NCBI GenBank assembly: GCA_016207405.1 | Contig: JACQPQ010000021.1 | Span: 4,936 to 68,935, forward strand | Direction: 5' to 3' | Source of the DNA: Gammaproteobacteria bacterium | Lineage (GTDB): Bacteria; Pseudomonadota; Gammaproteobacteria; JACQPQ01 | Length of the DNA: 64,000 nucleotides | Shown: positions 45,835 to 56,288 of the stretch, piece by piece | Position numbering within the stretch: position 1 is the first letter of the stretch | Layout: each line of letters opens with the position of its first letter | Translations under genes and position numbers: made by a program | Notes under the pieces: generated by a model | What the model was told of the DNA's origin: nothing | Database searches by the model: none | Seen by the model: the letters and a program-made list of their open reading frames with translations, nothing else

Positions 45835-47577
45835 TTATTCTTTGGAAAATGGTCGAAGATGTTCTATCCGCAAAACCAGGCGCTCATCTTGAGTATAGTC
45901 ATCCATATTAAGTTGATATACAAACTCTGCATACTGACAATGTGGATTCGGCCATTTATCTTGTTCAATGTTAAAGGCGATGGCTTCTATGGGTTTTGTC
46001 GTCGACTGCGTGTCCATAGGCACCACACGCATCTTTAAATGTTTTTTGGCAACCAAACGCTGTTCTAAAATTTGAAATTTGCCATCAAAACAAGGTTCTG
46101 GAAAATTCTGCCCCCAGGGTCCGGCTTGTTTTAAAGCCAGCGCCATTTCTAAGCAAAAGTCAGATTCTTTTAACGTACCATCTGTCATAATTTTGCCTTG
46201 CAAATGTTCCTTTTGGAGGTGTCCTGATAGCGTTTCATTAAAGGCCAACTTAAATCGTTCATAGTGATCTGGGGTGATAGACAGCCCTGCTGCCATGGCA
46301 TGTCCACCGAATCCTTTGATCAGATTAGGATATCGAGTCGCTATCGCCTCCAACACATCTCGTATATGAACGCCTGGAATCGAACGGCCCGATCCTTTGA
46401 GTTCTTCCGCATTGTGTTGTGCAAAAGCAATGACTGGACGATGAAACCGTTCTTTAAGTTTACCTGCCAAGATCCCAATGACACCCGGATGCCAGCTGGG
46501 ATGATAGACACAAAGCCCAAAGGGGATATTTTCCGGTTCTAAACGGAGTGAGGCTAGAGTGTCGTTCGCTTCTTGTTCCATGGTCGCTAAAATGTTACGC
46601 CTCTCACGGTTCAAGGCATCCAGTTCGCGAGCCAATGGAAGGGCTTCTTTAAGTTCTTTAGCGAGGAGACAGCGAATACCAACCGACATATCTTCTAATC
46701 GCCCTGCGGCATTTAAACGAGGCGCTACTAAAAATCCTAAATCTGAGGTCGTAACGGAATGAAATTTTTTACCGGCGATGGATAACAAAGCGCGTATGCC
46801 TGCACACGCACGTCCAGTTTGAATGCGGGTAAGTCCATGGTGCACTAAAATTCGGTTGTTTTGATCGAAGGGTACAACATCGGCAACGGTTCCGAGCGCA
46901 ACGAGATCTAACAGTTCGGCCAAATTAGGTTCTTTTTTACCTTGAAACAAAAACCAGTGCTGTTCTCGTAAAAAGGCGCGGAGTGCCAGCATGACATAAA
47001 AAATAACCCCAACCCCCGCTAAATGTTTGCTTGGAAAAAGATCACAAGGCAAATTGGGGTTCACAGTCGCATCTGCGGGAGGAAGACAAGCACCAGGTAA
47101 ATGATGGTCAGTCACCAGAACGGAAATCTCTTTTTGACGGGCAGCTTCTACACCCTCTATGCTTGAAATGCCATTGTCTACCGTCACGATAAGGTTGGGA
47201 TGGGCAGTCGCGGCAACTTCTACAATTTCTGGCGTTAATCCATAGCCAAATTTAAAACGATTGGGTACCAAAAAATCCACATGAAGAAACCCCATCGCTT
47301 GAAGCGCCTTTATGGCGACAACGGTGCTGGTTGCGCCATCGGCATCAAAATCTCCTATGATTAACACCCGGCCTTGCTCTTTAAGGTTTTTGAATAAAAG
47401 GTGTACGGCATTCTCAATACCGGATAATGAATGAAACGGTAAAAGTTTTTGGAGGCGAAGTTCCAATTCTTCGTCGTTTGAGAGGCCTCGCGCAAGATAA
47501 ATGCGTTGTAAAAGCGGGTGAACTTTTTGTGAAAAATTTCCTTTTGCTGAAAGTGGGGCGCGATGTGCGATTAACAT
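45835..47577 (-). CDS. recJ: Single-stranded-DNA-specific exonuclease RecJ
   Basis: It has DHH motifs (LIIGDFDADGATS, VTDHH), a DHHA1 domain and a length of 580 aa. Confidence 0.9.
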   Translation of the reverse strand: MLIAHRAPLSAKGNFSQKVHPLLQRIYLARGLSNDEELELRLQKLLPFHSLSGIENAVHLLFKNLKEQGRVLIIGDFDADGATSTVVAIKALQAMGFLHVDFLVPNRFKFGYGLTPEIVEVAATAHPNLIVTVDNGISSIEGVEAARQKEISVLVTDHHLPGACLPPADATVNPNLPCDLFPSKHLAGVGVIFYVMLALRAFLREQHWFLFQGKKEPNLAELLDLVALGTVADVVPFDQNNRILVHHGLTRIQTGRACAGIRALLSIAGKKFHSVTTSDLGFLVAPRLNAAGRLEDMSVGIRCLLAKELKEALPLARELDALNRERRNILATMEQEANDTLASLRLEPENIPFGLCVYHPSWHPGVIGILAGKLKERFHRPVIAFAQHNAEELKGSGRSIPGVHIRDVLEAIATRYPNLIKGFGGHAMAAGLSITPDHYERFKLAFNETLSGHLQKEHLQGKIMTDGTLKESDFCLEMALALKQAGPWGQNFPEPCFDGKFQILEQRLVAKKHLKMRVVPMDTQSTTKPIEAIAFNIEQDKWPNPHCQYAEFVYQLNMDDYTQDERLVLRIEHLRPFSKE

Positions 47578-47598
47578 TCACTTCTCCCTTACCCCTCA

Positions 47599-47634
47599 CC
47601 CCTCTCCCGCTGGTGCGGGAGAGGGGTGTTTTTT
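47599..47634. terminator. GC-rich hairpin / putative bidirectional terminator (CCCCTCTCCCGC-tggt-GCGGGAGAGGGG followed by tgtttttt)
   Basis: It is a perfect 12-bp stem immediately 3' of coq7. A T-run lies on the plus side and an A-run on the minus side. The stem sequence is related to the 18452 hairpin. Confidence 0.55.
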
Positions 47635-48205
47635 AGATCCAATAAGCCACCGTCGTCATAATTTTTGCCATGCGGGCCATGCACCAGCGTACCGGCTTGG
47701 GTAATAGAATGCCTCCGTCTTTAAGTGCATGGGTGGCATGCCGTGCTTCATCTTGTTTCATATGTTCAAGAAGGATTCTGCTCTTCTCGTCAGAACTAGG
47801 TAAAAGATTTAGGTGGTTTTCTAAATGACGAACCACCTGTCGTTCGGTTTCAGCTACAAACCCCAATGCAAAGCGGTTCCCCAATAACCCAGCTCCAGCG
47901 CCCACTAAAAAAGCACCCGCATACCATACTCTATTTAAACGACTGGGCTTTGCCTCTAATTGCTGAAGTCGTTCTTGGCACCACAAAAGGTGATAGTTTT
48001 CTTCTTCGGCGGCTTTTAAAAATTTTTGCTTACAGTGAGGCGAAGCGGTGGCGGCATGCCCTCGATACAGGGCTTGTGCACAGACTTCCCCCGCATGATT
48101 TACACGCATGAGATGCGCGGAATGTTTTTGGCGAGCGCTTTCTGAAAGGCAATGAATGAGTTTACGAAGACTTTTATCAAAGCGAATAATCCATGCGTCT
48201 CCCAC
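47633..48205 (-). CDS. coq7: Ubiquinone biosynthesis hydroxylase Coq7 (di-iron, DMQ hydroxylase)
   Basis: It has HLMRVNHAGEVCAQALYRG and a second ExxH half (EEENYHLLWCQERL). It is about 190 aa. The start appears to be GTG. Confidence 0.8.
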   Translation of the reverse strand: MGDAWIIRFDKSLRKLIHCLSESARQKHSAHLMRVNHAGEVCAQALYRGHAATASPHCKQKFLKAAEEENYHLLWCQERLQQLEAKPSRLNRVWYAGAFLVGAGAGLLGNRFALGFVAETERQVVRHLENHLNLLPSSDEKSRILLEHMKQDEARHATHALKDGGILLPKPVRWCMARMAKIMTTVAYWI

Positions 48206-48220
48206 AAGCTTTTCCTCTCG

Positions 48221-48253
48221 TCCCCAGCCCTTCCCCCTTATTCCTTACCCCTT
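48221..48253. repeat. Degenerate heptamer array (the reverse complement reads AAGGGGT AAGGAAT AAGGGGG AAGGGCT)
   Basis: It lies in the spacer between rpsI and coq7. Confidence 0.55.
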
Positions 48254-48652
48254 TTATCGTTTAGAGTACTGGGCTCTCTTCCGTGCTTTGTGAAGGCCGT
48301 ATTTTTTGCGTTCTACTTTACGCGCATCGCGTGTTAAAAGACCACGCCCTCGTAATTGAGAACGTAAGGTCTCGTCATACTGCAGTAAAGACCGAGCGAT
48401 CCCTAATCGAACAGCGCCTGCCTGACCACTTAAGCCGCCCCCTTTTACATTGACAAGAATGCGAAATTTATCCACCAATTGTGTGGCTTCTTGGGGTTGG
48501 CGAATAATCATTAAGGCTGTTTTACGGCCAAAATACTGCTCCACCGGTTTACCATTGACAATGATGTCGCTTGTTTTTGCTTTCTTAAGAAACACTCTTG
48601 CAACGGCTGTCTTGCGACGCCCCGTTCCGTGATAAGTTTTAGTTTTGACCAT
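48254..48652 (-). CDS. rpsI: 30S ribosomal protein S9
   Basis: It contains [17 protein letters not shown]...[10 protein letters not shown]...[10 protein letters not shown]. Confidence 0.95.
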   Translation of the reverse strand: MVKTKTYHGTGRRKTAVARVFLKKAKTSDIIVNGKPVEQYFGRKTALMIIRQPQEATQLVDKFRILVNVKGGGLSGQAGAVRLGIARSLLQYDETLRSQLRGRGLLTRDARKVERKKYGLHKARKRAQYSKR

Positions 48653-48664
48653 AAGTTTTGTTTT

Positions 48665-49093
48665 TTAAAGCGACAACGTTTTAGGCTGTTGAGCAGTATG
48701 CTGGTGTGAAGGACCTGCATAAATTTTGAGTTTTTTAGCCATGGCTCTCCCTAATGGGTTTTTAGGCAGCATCCCACAAACAGCTTGACGGATAATGCGC
48801 TCTGGAAATTTGGCTAATAAGTCTCGAAACGAGATGGTTTTAATGCCACCTGGGTAGCCAGAGTGATGGGTGTACATTTTGTCCATAAACTTTCGCCCTG
48901 TGACTCGAATTTTTTCGGCATTGATAACAATGACGTAATCTCCCGTATCGGCATTGGGCGTAAACTCTGGTTTATGTTTGCCGCGCAAAATCAGAGCAAT
49001 TTTACTAGCCAGTCTTCCTAAAACTTGGGTTTCGGCATCCACCACAATCCAGTTGTGTTGAATATTATTTTTTTTTGCAACGTAGGTTTTCAT
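48665..49093 (-). CDS. rplM: 50S ribosomal protein L13
   Basis: I placed the start at MKTYVAKK ([17 protein letters not shown]...) by alignment with E. coli L13 (142 aa). Confidence 0.95.
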   Translation of the reverse strand: MKTYVAKKNNIQHNWIVVDAETQVLGRLASKIALILRGKHKPEFTPNADTGDYVIVINAEKIRVTGRKFMDKMYTHHSGYPGGIKTISFRDLLAKFPERIIRQAVCGMLPKNPLGRAMAKKLKIYAGPSHQHTAQQPKTLSL

Positions 49094-49125
49094 AGCAAGA
49101 AGCCATGTTACACAAGTTAAAAATA

Positions 49126-49737
49126 TCACACAAGACCTAAATGTCGTAATAGACTGCCTTGGCGCACTTTTTGAACAGCCATTGAAAGAGAGCTGGCCTC
49201 TATAATAGAGCGAAGGCTCTTTAAGGCAGAATCGAAATGGTCGTTGACAACCAAATAATCATATTCCTTGTAGTGTGAAAGCTCTTGTTTGGCTTCGGAC
49301 AGTCTTCTCTGAATGGTTGCGGGTTTGTCTTGCCCTCTACCTTCTAGTCGTTCCTGCAAGGACGCTAGTGAAGGGGGCACAATAAAAATACCCACCGTTT
49401 CCTTAAAAAGAGCTCGAACCTGCCTGGCGCCTTGCCAGTCAATTTCCAAAATAACATCCTTCCCTTGTTTTAAAATGTCCTCTACTTGTTGCTTGGAGGT
49501 TCCATAATAATGTTCAAACACTCGGGCATATTCTAAAAAATCTTGTTTTTGAATCATGTCTTTGAAAGCACTATCCGACACGAAATGATAATGCACGTCT
49601 TTTTTCTCATCGACTCTTTTAGGGCGTGTTGTATAAGAAATAGAGGCTTGCAGATGGGTTTCTTCTTCAAGCAACGCTTTCAAAAGGCTAGTTTTTCCAG
49701 CGCCAGAAGGTGCGGAAATAATAAAGAGTGTGTTCAT
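49126..49737 (-). CDS. gmk: Guanylate kinase
   Basis: It has the P-loop [18 protein letters not shown] and a length of 203 aa. Confidence 0.9.
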   Translation of the reverse strand: MNTLFIISAPSGAGKTSLLKALLEEETHLQASISYTTRPKRVDEKKDVHYHFVSDSAFKDMIQKQDFLEYARVFEHYYGTSKQQVEDILKQGKDVILEIDWQGARQVRALFKETVGIFIVPPSLASLQERLEGRGQDKPATIQRRLSEAKQELSHYKEYDYLVVNDHFDSALKSLRSIIEASSLSMAVQKVRQGSLLRHLGLV

Positions 49738-49747
49738 TATTCTTCAG

Positions 49748-50614
49748 TTATTCAACATTTTGAATCTGCTCGCGCATTTTCTCGATAACAACCTTTAAGT
49801 CAAGTGCACAATGACCGATCTCAGCACACAGTGCCTTTGCTGACAACGTATTGATCTCCCGGCTCAATTCTTGCATTAAAAAGTCAAGCCGCTTGCCAAC
49901 GACGCCTCCACCTACAAGAACCTTTCGAACCTCGGCGAGATGTATTTCAAAACGCTCCGTTTCTTCTGTGACGTCTCCCTTTTGAAGAGCCAAAATGACT
50001 TCTTGTTCTAAGCGGGAGGGATCGATAGAGGCCTTCACGTCACCCACTTGCCGCATGAGTCGTTCTTTTAGTTTATCTTTCGAGAGAGGGATTAAAGCTT
50101 TTAGGGAACCCCAAGACTCTTCCATTTGCAGTAAGTATTGCATCAAGCATATATGGAGTGCTTGTCCTTCTGCTTCCCGACTCGCTTTTAATTGAACAAG
50201 AGCCTTTTCAAACATCTTTAAAACAGCTGGGTGCATTTCTGGAGGGAGCGAGGAGGTTTCCTGCAATACCCCCGGCCAGTGCAGAATATCCATCGCACTA
50301 AACTTGGATGTTCCGGCATTCTCTTTTGCGAGCTTCTGTCCAAGCGTCATAAGCCACTTCACAGCAACTTCATTGATGCTAAATGGATTGGGGTGCGCTT
50401 CCCCAGGCACAAAATGGAGTGTGATCTCCATTTTCCCCCTTTGAAACTCTTCCCCAAGTTTTTTTCTTAAAGTGGGCAAAAGTGGCAGAAATCCATTGGG
50501 TAGTCTAAAATTACAATCAAGATACCTATGATTCACTGAACGGAGCTCCCACGTTGACCTTCCAAACACACCTTCAACACTTTCACACCAAAATCCGGTC
50601 ATGCTTTGTATCAT
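49748..50614 (-). CDS. yicC: YicC-family protein
   Basis: I placed the start at MIQSMTGFW...WELRSVNHRYLDCNFRLP, which aligns with the E. coli YicC N-terminus. It is divergent from rph, as in E. coli. Confidence 0.8.
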   Translation of the reverse strand: MIQSMTGFWCESVEGVFGRSTWELRSVNHRYLDCNFRLPNGFLPLLPTLRKKLGEEFQRGKMEITLHFVPGEAHPNPFSINEVAVKWLMTLGQKLAKENAGTSKFSAMDILHWPGVLQETSSLPPEMHPAVLKMFEKALVQLKASREAEGQALHICLMQYLLQMEESWGSLKALIPLSKDKLKERLMRQVGDVKASIDPSRLEQEVILALQKGDVTEETERFEIHLAEVRKVLVGGGVVGKRLDFLMQELSREINTLSAKALCAEIGHCALDLKVVIEKMREQIQNVE

Positions 50615-50860
50615 TACTTTTGTCTCTGTTATACTCTGAAACCTAAGCAAGCCCCAGCAAATACTTATGACTTTTTACTTGTTCTTTGTTCCATTTTCTG
50701 CGTTGCAAAAAGAGTTACATAGTCAAACTATGCGCCTCTTTTTGCGCCTTGAAAATGGAACAAATTACGGCGTAAAAAGTTACAAGTATTTACTGAGGCT
50801 TGCTTAAATCCCAAAACTTAGAATAAAACTATTGTACAGAAATTTATAGGGAAACTCTTT

Positions 50861-51577
50861 ATGAGAAGAGCCAGAAGAGCACACAACGAACTTCGTGACA
50901 TTCGATTTATTCGGCATTTTACTAAACATGCGGAAGGAAGTGTGTTAGTAGAATTTGGGGATACGAAGGTTGTGTGTACAGCTAGCCTCACGGAAGGGGT
51001 GCCAAGATTTATGAAAGGGAAGGGCATTGGCTGGGTGACGGCTGAATATGGTATGTTGCCTCGTGCGACTCACACACGCACGCAACGAGAAGCTTCCATT
51101 GGAAACCCAACGGGAAGAACTTTTGAAATACAAAGACTCATCTCAAGAACGCTACGTGCTGCTGTTGACCTTCAGGCCTTACCGGAGCAAACCATTATGG
51201 TTGACTGTGATGTGATCCAAGCCGATGGAGGCACGCGCACAGCGGCGATTACAGGGGGATGTGTGGCGCTCTTTGATGCCATCAAACCTCTTATGGCAAA
51301 ACACCGCATGGTTAAAAATCCTTTTAAATGGATGGTTGCCGGTGTTTCAGTGGGTATGGTGAAGGGTGAACTTCTGTTGGATCTCGATTATGATGAAGAT
51401 TCGACTGCCCAAACAGATCTCAATGTTGTGATGACGGAGAATGAACAGTTGATTGAAATTCAAGGAACCGCTGAAAATGGAACCTTCCCACGTGATGACC
51501 TAGATAAACTGATTGACCTTGCCGCCCATGGCATTCAAATGATTATTCAAAAACAAAAGGAAGCACTCGTACTTTAA
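50861..51577 (+). CDS. rph: Ribonuclease PH
   Basis: It shows near-colinear identity to E. coli RNase PH ([32 protein letters not shown]). Confidence 0.95.
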   Translation: MRRARRAHNELRDIRFIRHFTKHAEGSVLVEFGDTKVVCTASLTEGVPRFMKGKGIGWVTAEYGMLPRATHTRTQREASIGNPTGRTFEIQRLISRTLRAAVDLQALPEQTIMVDCDVIQADGGTRTAAITGGCVALFDAIKPLMAKHRMVKNPFKWMVAGVSVGMVKGELLLDLDYDEDSTAQTDLNVVMTENEQLIEIQGTAENGTFPRDDLDKLIDLAAHGIQMIIQKQKEALVL

Positions 51578-51601
51578 AAATGTAAAGGGACCTTTTCAAT
51601 C

Positions 51602-53074
51602 ATGCAAACGGATTTCAAATATCGTATTGGCTTAAAAACTTCCCCCTGGCTTCCTCACCGGCGCGCTCATAGAGGGCTGTTTCGTCTTTCCCTATTGATA
51701 AGCGTTCTCCTTGGAGTGGCATTTCTATTTAAGTGGCTTTGGCAGGAGGAAGATCTTTCTTCTGTGCAAGCTGAAAATTCACAAAACTTGGGAGAGAAGG
51801 GAGAAACCTATTCGGTTATTCCTCTCAAACTTCCTCCACGTGTGGATGTTCCTGTTCAAGCACTGCCGAATGGTCCTGCTTTTATGTCCTTGCCGACATC
51901 TAAGAACGAAAGCTTTTTATCGGCGACCGAGCGCTTGCGAGAACCTTCTTCTCCCCGTAAGGAGAGTGTGACCATTGCCCCAGGGCAAAATCTTTCTCTT
52001 ATTTTCCCAAAACTGGGTCTTTCGGCAGGCATGCTTCAAGAAATATTACAGGTCACTAAAGCACGTTCTGTTTTTGCCAAACTTAAGCCTGGGCAAAATC
52101 TAGAATTCTTTTGGGACAAAAACGGTAATTTTGAAGCGATGCGCATTCCGGTTACGGATGAAACAAGTCTTAAAATCCGTTATGAGAACAATCATCCTGT
52201 CATTGAGAACCAAAAGCGAGTAGTAACCAAAGCAGTGCAGTATCGAGCAGGCACCATTCACAGCTCTCTTTACTGGGCGGGGCACAAAGCAGGGTTATCT
52301 GACAAACTCATCCTTCAGCTTTCGGAAATCTTTGCTTGGGATATTGACTTTGCTCTAGACATCCAGCCGGAAGATTCTTTTCAAGTGCTCTATGAAACCC
52401 TGTATTCGGAAGAAGGGAAAAAAATTCGTGATGGAGATATTCTTGTTGCTGAATTTACCAATCAAGGAAGGCCTTATCGAGCACTTCGCTATACCAGTTC
52501 AGTTGGCGCAAGCAGCTATTACACGCCGGGTGGAGAGAGCCTTCAAAAAGCGTTTATTCGTACACCCGTTGCGTTTAGCGTGATCAGTTCACAGTTTAAC
52601 TTAAGCAGAAGGCACCCCATTTTAGATATTATTCGCGCCCATAAAGGTGTGGACTATGCGGCTCCCTCGGGCACTCCGGTTAAAGCGACTGGAGATGGCA
52701 AAGTGGTGTTTATGGGAAGAAAGGGAGGATATGGAAATACCATTATTCTTGACCACGGGCAACAGTACAAAACGGTTTATGCCCATTTGTTGAAATTTGG
52801 GAGAAGTTTATCGACTGGAAAACGGGTTAGTCAGAATGACCTTATCGGGTTTGTGGGAAAGTCAGGACTGGCGACAGGGCCCCATCTACATTATGAATTT
52901 CAGGTCAATGGGATTCACAAAAATCCTGTGACTGTGCAACTTCCTCGAGCGAAATCTATACTAAAAGCAGAAAAGCCTCTTTTTCTGGAACGCACGAGAA
53001 CCTTGTTGGCTCAAATGGAGTCCTATAAGCAAGGTTATGCTAAACTTACTCCTAGTGAGGTCAAACGGCAGTAA
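51602..53074 (+). CDS. M23-family murein endopeptidase (MepM/YebA-like)
   Basis: It has an N-terminal TM helix, and its C-terminal LytM domain contains HKGVDYAAP, GYGNTIILDH and GPHLHYE. Confidence 0.8.
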   Translation: MQTDFKYRIGLKTSPWLPHRRAHRGLFRLSLLISVLLGVAFLFKWLWQEEDLSSVQAENSQNLGEKGETYSVIPLKLPPRVDVPVQALPNGPAFMSLPTSKNESFLSATERLREPSSPRKESVTIAPGQNLSLIFPKLGLSAGMLQEILQVTKARSVFAKLKPGQNLEFFWDKNGNFEAMRIPVTDETSLKIRYENNHPVIENQKRVVTKAVQYRAGTIHSSLYWAGHKAGLSDKLILQLSEIFAWDIDFALDIQPEDSFQVLYETLYSEEGKKIRDGDILVAEFTNQGRPYRALRYTSSVGASSYYTPGGESLQKAFIRTPVAFSVISSQFNLSRRHPILDIIRAHKGVDYAAPSGTPVKATGDGKVVFMGRKGGYGNTIILDHGQQYKTVYAHLLKFGRSLSTGKRVSQNDLIGFVGKSGLATGPHLHYEFQVNGIHKNPVTVQLPRAKSILKAEKPLFLERTRTLLAQMESYKQGYAKLTPSEVKRQ

Positions 53075-53094
53075 ACTAATGGAGAACTTACATC

Positions 53095-55020
53095 ATGGAC
53101 AAGAAATTTACATGTAGAACTGCGGTACAGGCTTTTTTGTTTCTGCCTTTTAAAAAATGCGCAAAACATACAACAATTTGCTTGATAGGATGCCTATTTG
53201 CAATAGCTTTTGCTCTCTATACTAAAGAAGTTGTAGCAGTGTCGCTTACTGATGGCCATGAGTGTACAAGTTCTACACAGTGCTCCTCTGGCTACTGCTA
53301 CCCTGGTCCAGAAGAGAAGAGTTACTGCATTTCCCGTGATGCAAACTGCGCAAAGCCCGGAACAGCAGGGGTTATGGTGGGAGCTTTGTATTCATACAGA
53401 GGAAAGGAATATATATGCCACTCTTCCGGAGGTCTTCAAAAAGCGGAAAAAGTGTCGTTTCTTGATGGCTTTGAGTGTACAAGTTCTACACAGTGCTCCT
53501 CTGGCTACTGCTACCCCGGTCCAAACCAGAAAAATTATTGTACAGCCAGAGAGCAACACTGTGCTTACCCCCAGTCAGCGGGCACACAAATAAAAACGAG
53601 CTATTTCCATGACAAAAAACTCTATTTTTGCTCAACAGTTCGTGGATTTTCTTCTTCTGGGATGTTGGGGTGTGGTCTTACTACAACTCAAATGGAAAAA
53701 CTTTACCCCTACTTTCAAAAAGGGATTAAGCGATGGACAGATTCCTTCGAAGTGGCAGCTAATTACCCACAAGTTCTTTATGATATGCAAACTTTCACTG
53801 CAACTGTCCTATATTTGGCTGCCTACTGCGGCAATCTCGATATGTTAGACCAGCTTGCTACACTGTATCTCATCCCTTTTTCTTATCTGACAGAAGTAGG
53901 CAAAGAAGACAGCCGGTGGATTACTCCAACAGGAATTCCCCCAACAACAGAAACCTCAAGTCGTTTTATGTATCCTTTTGGATACGATCGGGAACAGTTC
54001 GAACCTTCGACAATAGAACCCTCATCAACACGCGATGAAGAGATGCTCTATTCCAGCCAATTTATATATCCTCTAGCTTATCTTCTACGTCGGCTGGCGG
54101 AACTGCCTTCGAATAACCGCACACCAGCAATGCACAAATACATGACTACGGCCACTCCCCTTTTAAGAGGAACGTTTAATCGATGGATGAACCAACCTTC
54201 TATGTGGACATGGACGCACTGCCGATTTCCTTCCAGCCGATCAAATATGAAAGCGTATACTTTCCCAGAATTCGTTTCAGGCAAACTGCAACGGTCACTC
54301 GGTAGTTCCTGGTGCAATGCTATGCTTGAAATTGAACTGTGGGTTGCAGCAGCGGTAACCGAATTTCTTTCGGCAAACAAACGCGGCATGAACTTGGAAT
54401 TAACGCCACAAGAGACTAACACCTTAACCACTTATGCACAGACCACTCTCAAACTCTTTGAATCCAGATTGTCTGAAGGTATATCTACCAGCCCACTCTG
54501 TGGAGGCCGGTGCTCTTATTTGATTTTAGACCGATATGGGATGAGAGGGCATCCAGACCAACCTGATGCTGCTAGCACATGGGATATCTCTCATGGGAGA
54601 CGCCTTGTTCAATTTCTGGAAACCATGTATGCCCCCGAAAACACAAACATCACTCAACCCACTAAAAATGGAAAATGGGTGAAAACTCAATTCGCTAACG
54701 CGATTATCTATCAAATATTTAATGGATCTTGGGATCACCCTCGGTTTGCCAATTTTATGGATGGAGTTAATGTGCACTACCGCTCGTATGAACCTTTCGC
54801 ACTGAGCGATCAATACGCAGACATCGGGTATGCTTTTTGGCAGAGATATAATCGTGATATCACCGAACTCAACAGCTCTTTTTTAAGTATCCTCGAAGGC
54901 AAGAAATCCGATTCCTTTTATGACCACATTCGTCTGAAGGAAGGTCCAGAAGATTTTTACAAAACCGTGTACCACTATTTGGCTTTTGTAGCTTCTCTCA
55001 GTCACCCATGGAGAGAGTAA
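53095..55020 (+). CDS. Membrane-anchored hypothetical protein with two tandem Cys-rich repeats and a large uncharacterised C-terminal domain
   Basis: It is 641 aa with an N-terminal TM helix (ICLIGCLFAIAFALY). It carries two 71-aa repeats with 6 Cys each (DG[HF]ECTSSTQCSSGYCYPGP...). No catalytic motif recognised. Confidence 0.55.
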   Translation: MDKKFTCRTAVQAFLFLPFKKCAKHTTICLIGCLFAIAFALYTKEVVAVSLTDGHECTSSTQCSSGYCYPGPEEKSYCISRDANCAKPGTAGVMVGALYSYRGKEYICHSSGGLQKAEKVSFLDGFECTSSTQCSSGYCYPGPNQKNYCTAREQHCAYPQSAGTQIKTSYFHDKKLYFCSTVRGFSSSGMLGCGLTTTQMEKLYPYFQKGIKRWTDSFEVAANYPQVLYDMQTFTATVLYLAAYCGNLDMLDQLATLYLIPFSYLTEVGKEDSRWITPTGIPPTTETSSRFMYPFGYDREQFEPSTIEPSSTRDEEMLYSSQFIYPLAYLLRRLAELPSNNRTPAMHKYMTTATPLLRGTFNRWMNQPSMWTWTHCRFPSSRSNMKAYTFPEFVSGKLQRSLGSSWCNAMLEIELWVAAAVTEFLSANKRGMNLELTPQETNTLTTYAQTTLKLFESRLSEGISTSPLCGGRCSYLILDRYGMRGHPDQPDAASTWDISHGRRLVQFLETMYAPENTNITQPTKNGKWVKTQFANAIIYQIFNGSWDHPRFANFMDGVNVHYRSYEPFALSDQYADIGYAFWQRYNRDITELNSSFLSILEGKKSDSFYDHIRLKEGPEDFYKTVYHYLAFVASLSHPWRE

Positions 55021-55026
55021 ATGTAG

Positions 55027-55070
55027 GCCGGGGCAAGCGCGTCTTTTTGCACGGCCCCGGCATTCTTTTC
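55027..55070 (+). terminator. Intrinsic terminator (GCCGGGGC...GCCCCGGC followed by attcttttc)
   Basis: It is an 8-bp GC stem with a long loop, immediately after the stop of the 641-aa gene. Confidence 0.5.
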
Positions 55071-55095
55071 TCTAACCCCTTATTTTTTCTGCAGA

Positions 55096-56226
55096 ATGCC
55101 AATCTCATCCTTATTCATCGGGGCACTGTCCGGTACGAGTATGGACTCCATAGATGCGGCTGTATTTAATTTTGTTTCTTATCCTCCAGAGCTCATTGGG
55201 CATTGTGAACGTCCTTTTCCTGTCTCTCTTCGAAAAAAAATTCAAATGATTGTGGACAGCCGCAAGCTAGCCCTTAAGACTTTTATTCAACTGGATGTCT
55301 GTATGGGGAGAGAAATTGCAAAAACCGTGAACACATTACTCAAAATCACTAGTCTTTCGAAAGCCGCTATTGCCGCGATTGGGAGTCATGGGCAAACGCT
55401 CTACCATGCACCGAACTCTCCTTATCCCTCTTCGTTACAGATAGGTGATCCCAATATTATTGTCACCCAAACCGGTATAACGACGGTTTCAGATTTTAGG
55501 CGGCGGGATATGGCTTATAAAGGACAAGGCGCGCCTCTAGCCCCTCATTTACATGCCACTCTCTTTAGAAGCCGAGAACACGACAGGATTATTTTAAATA
55601 TCGGTGGCATTGCGAATGTGACGATATTGCCTGCAGATCCCAATTTACCTATTACGGGTTTTGATACGGGGCCAGGCAATCTCTTGATGGATGCGTGGAT
55701 ATCCCATCACAGGCCACATTCACCTTACGATCAGGATGGAAAATGGGCAGCAGAAGGTAAAGTTCAGTCAAAACTTCTCCATCATTTACTCAAGGATCCA
55801 TATTTTAAGCGGCCGTCACCCAAAAGCACAGGCAGAGAATATTTCAATTTAGGATGGTTACTCGAACGACTTAAATTCTTTAAACCCTTCTCTCCGAAGG
55901 ATGTTCAAGCGACTTTGCTGGCACTGACTGTAGAAAGTATTACCATGGCGCTTCAAAGATGGGGGAGCTCGCCAAACGCTCAGATTTATGTGTGTGGAGG
56001 AGGGGCTTTAAATCCCATACTGATCTTGCAGCTTCAGAAAAGGCTTGTGAACCATTCTATTCAGAGCACGGAAGTGTTAGGCATCCTTCCTAAGCATCTG
56101 GAACCGTTACTCTTTGCGTGGCTCGCCAAACAAACGCTCGAACGAAAAACAGGCAATATACCCACGGTCACCGGCGCTCAGAGAGAGACTCTATTGGGGG
56201 GAATTTATCTTGCTAACTTTTCGTAG
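55096..56226 (+). CDS. anmK: Anhydro-N-acetylmuramic acid kinase
   Basis: It has the N-terminus FIGALSGTSMDSIDAA, an ASKHA fold and a length of 376 aa. Its TAG stop is the first triplet of a REP-like palindrome. Confidence 0.85.
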   Translation: MPISSLFIGALSGTSMDSIDAAVFNFVSYPPELIGHCERPFPVSLRKKIQMIVDSRKLALKTFIQLDVCMGREIAKTVNTLLKITSLSKAAIAAIGSHGQTLYHAPNSPYPSSLQIGDPNIIVTQTGITTVSDFRRRDMAYKGQGAPLAPHLHATLFRSREHDRIILNIGGIANVTILPADPNLPITGFDTGPGNLLMDAWISHHRPHSPYDQDGKWAAEGKVQSKLLHHLLKDPYFKRPSPKSTGREYFNLGWLLERLKFFKPFSPKDVQATLLALTVESITMALQRWGSSPNAQIYVCGGGALNPILILQLQKRLVNHSIQSTEVLGILPKHLEPLLFAWLAKQTLERKTGNIPTVTGAQRETLLGGIYLANFS

Positions 56227-56288
56227 GGCGCGCTTCTGCACCACTCTACAAGAAGCTGATTTTAAGAATGGTGCGCAAGCGCACCCTA
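56226..56288. repeat. Pair of inverted REP-like variant palindromes (TAGGGCGCGCTTCTGCACCA ... TGGTGCGCAAGCGCACCCTAC)
   Basis: It is related to TAGGGTGCGCTTGCGCACC at 5652. It lies between convergent anmK and erpA. Confidence 0.55.

Noticed and set aside
53252-53593. 113-aa alternate-frame ORF with internal repeats
   Set aside because: It is an artefact of the tandem DNA duplication inside the 641-aa gene.
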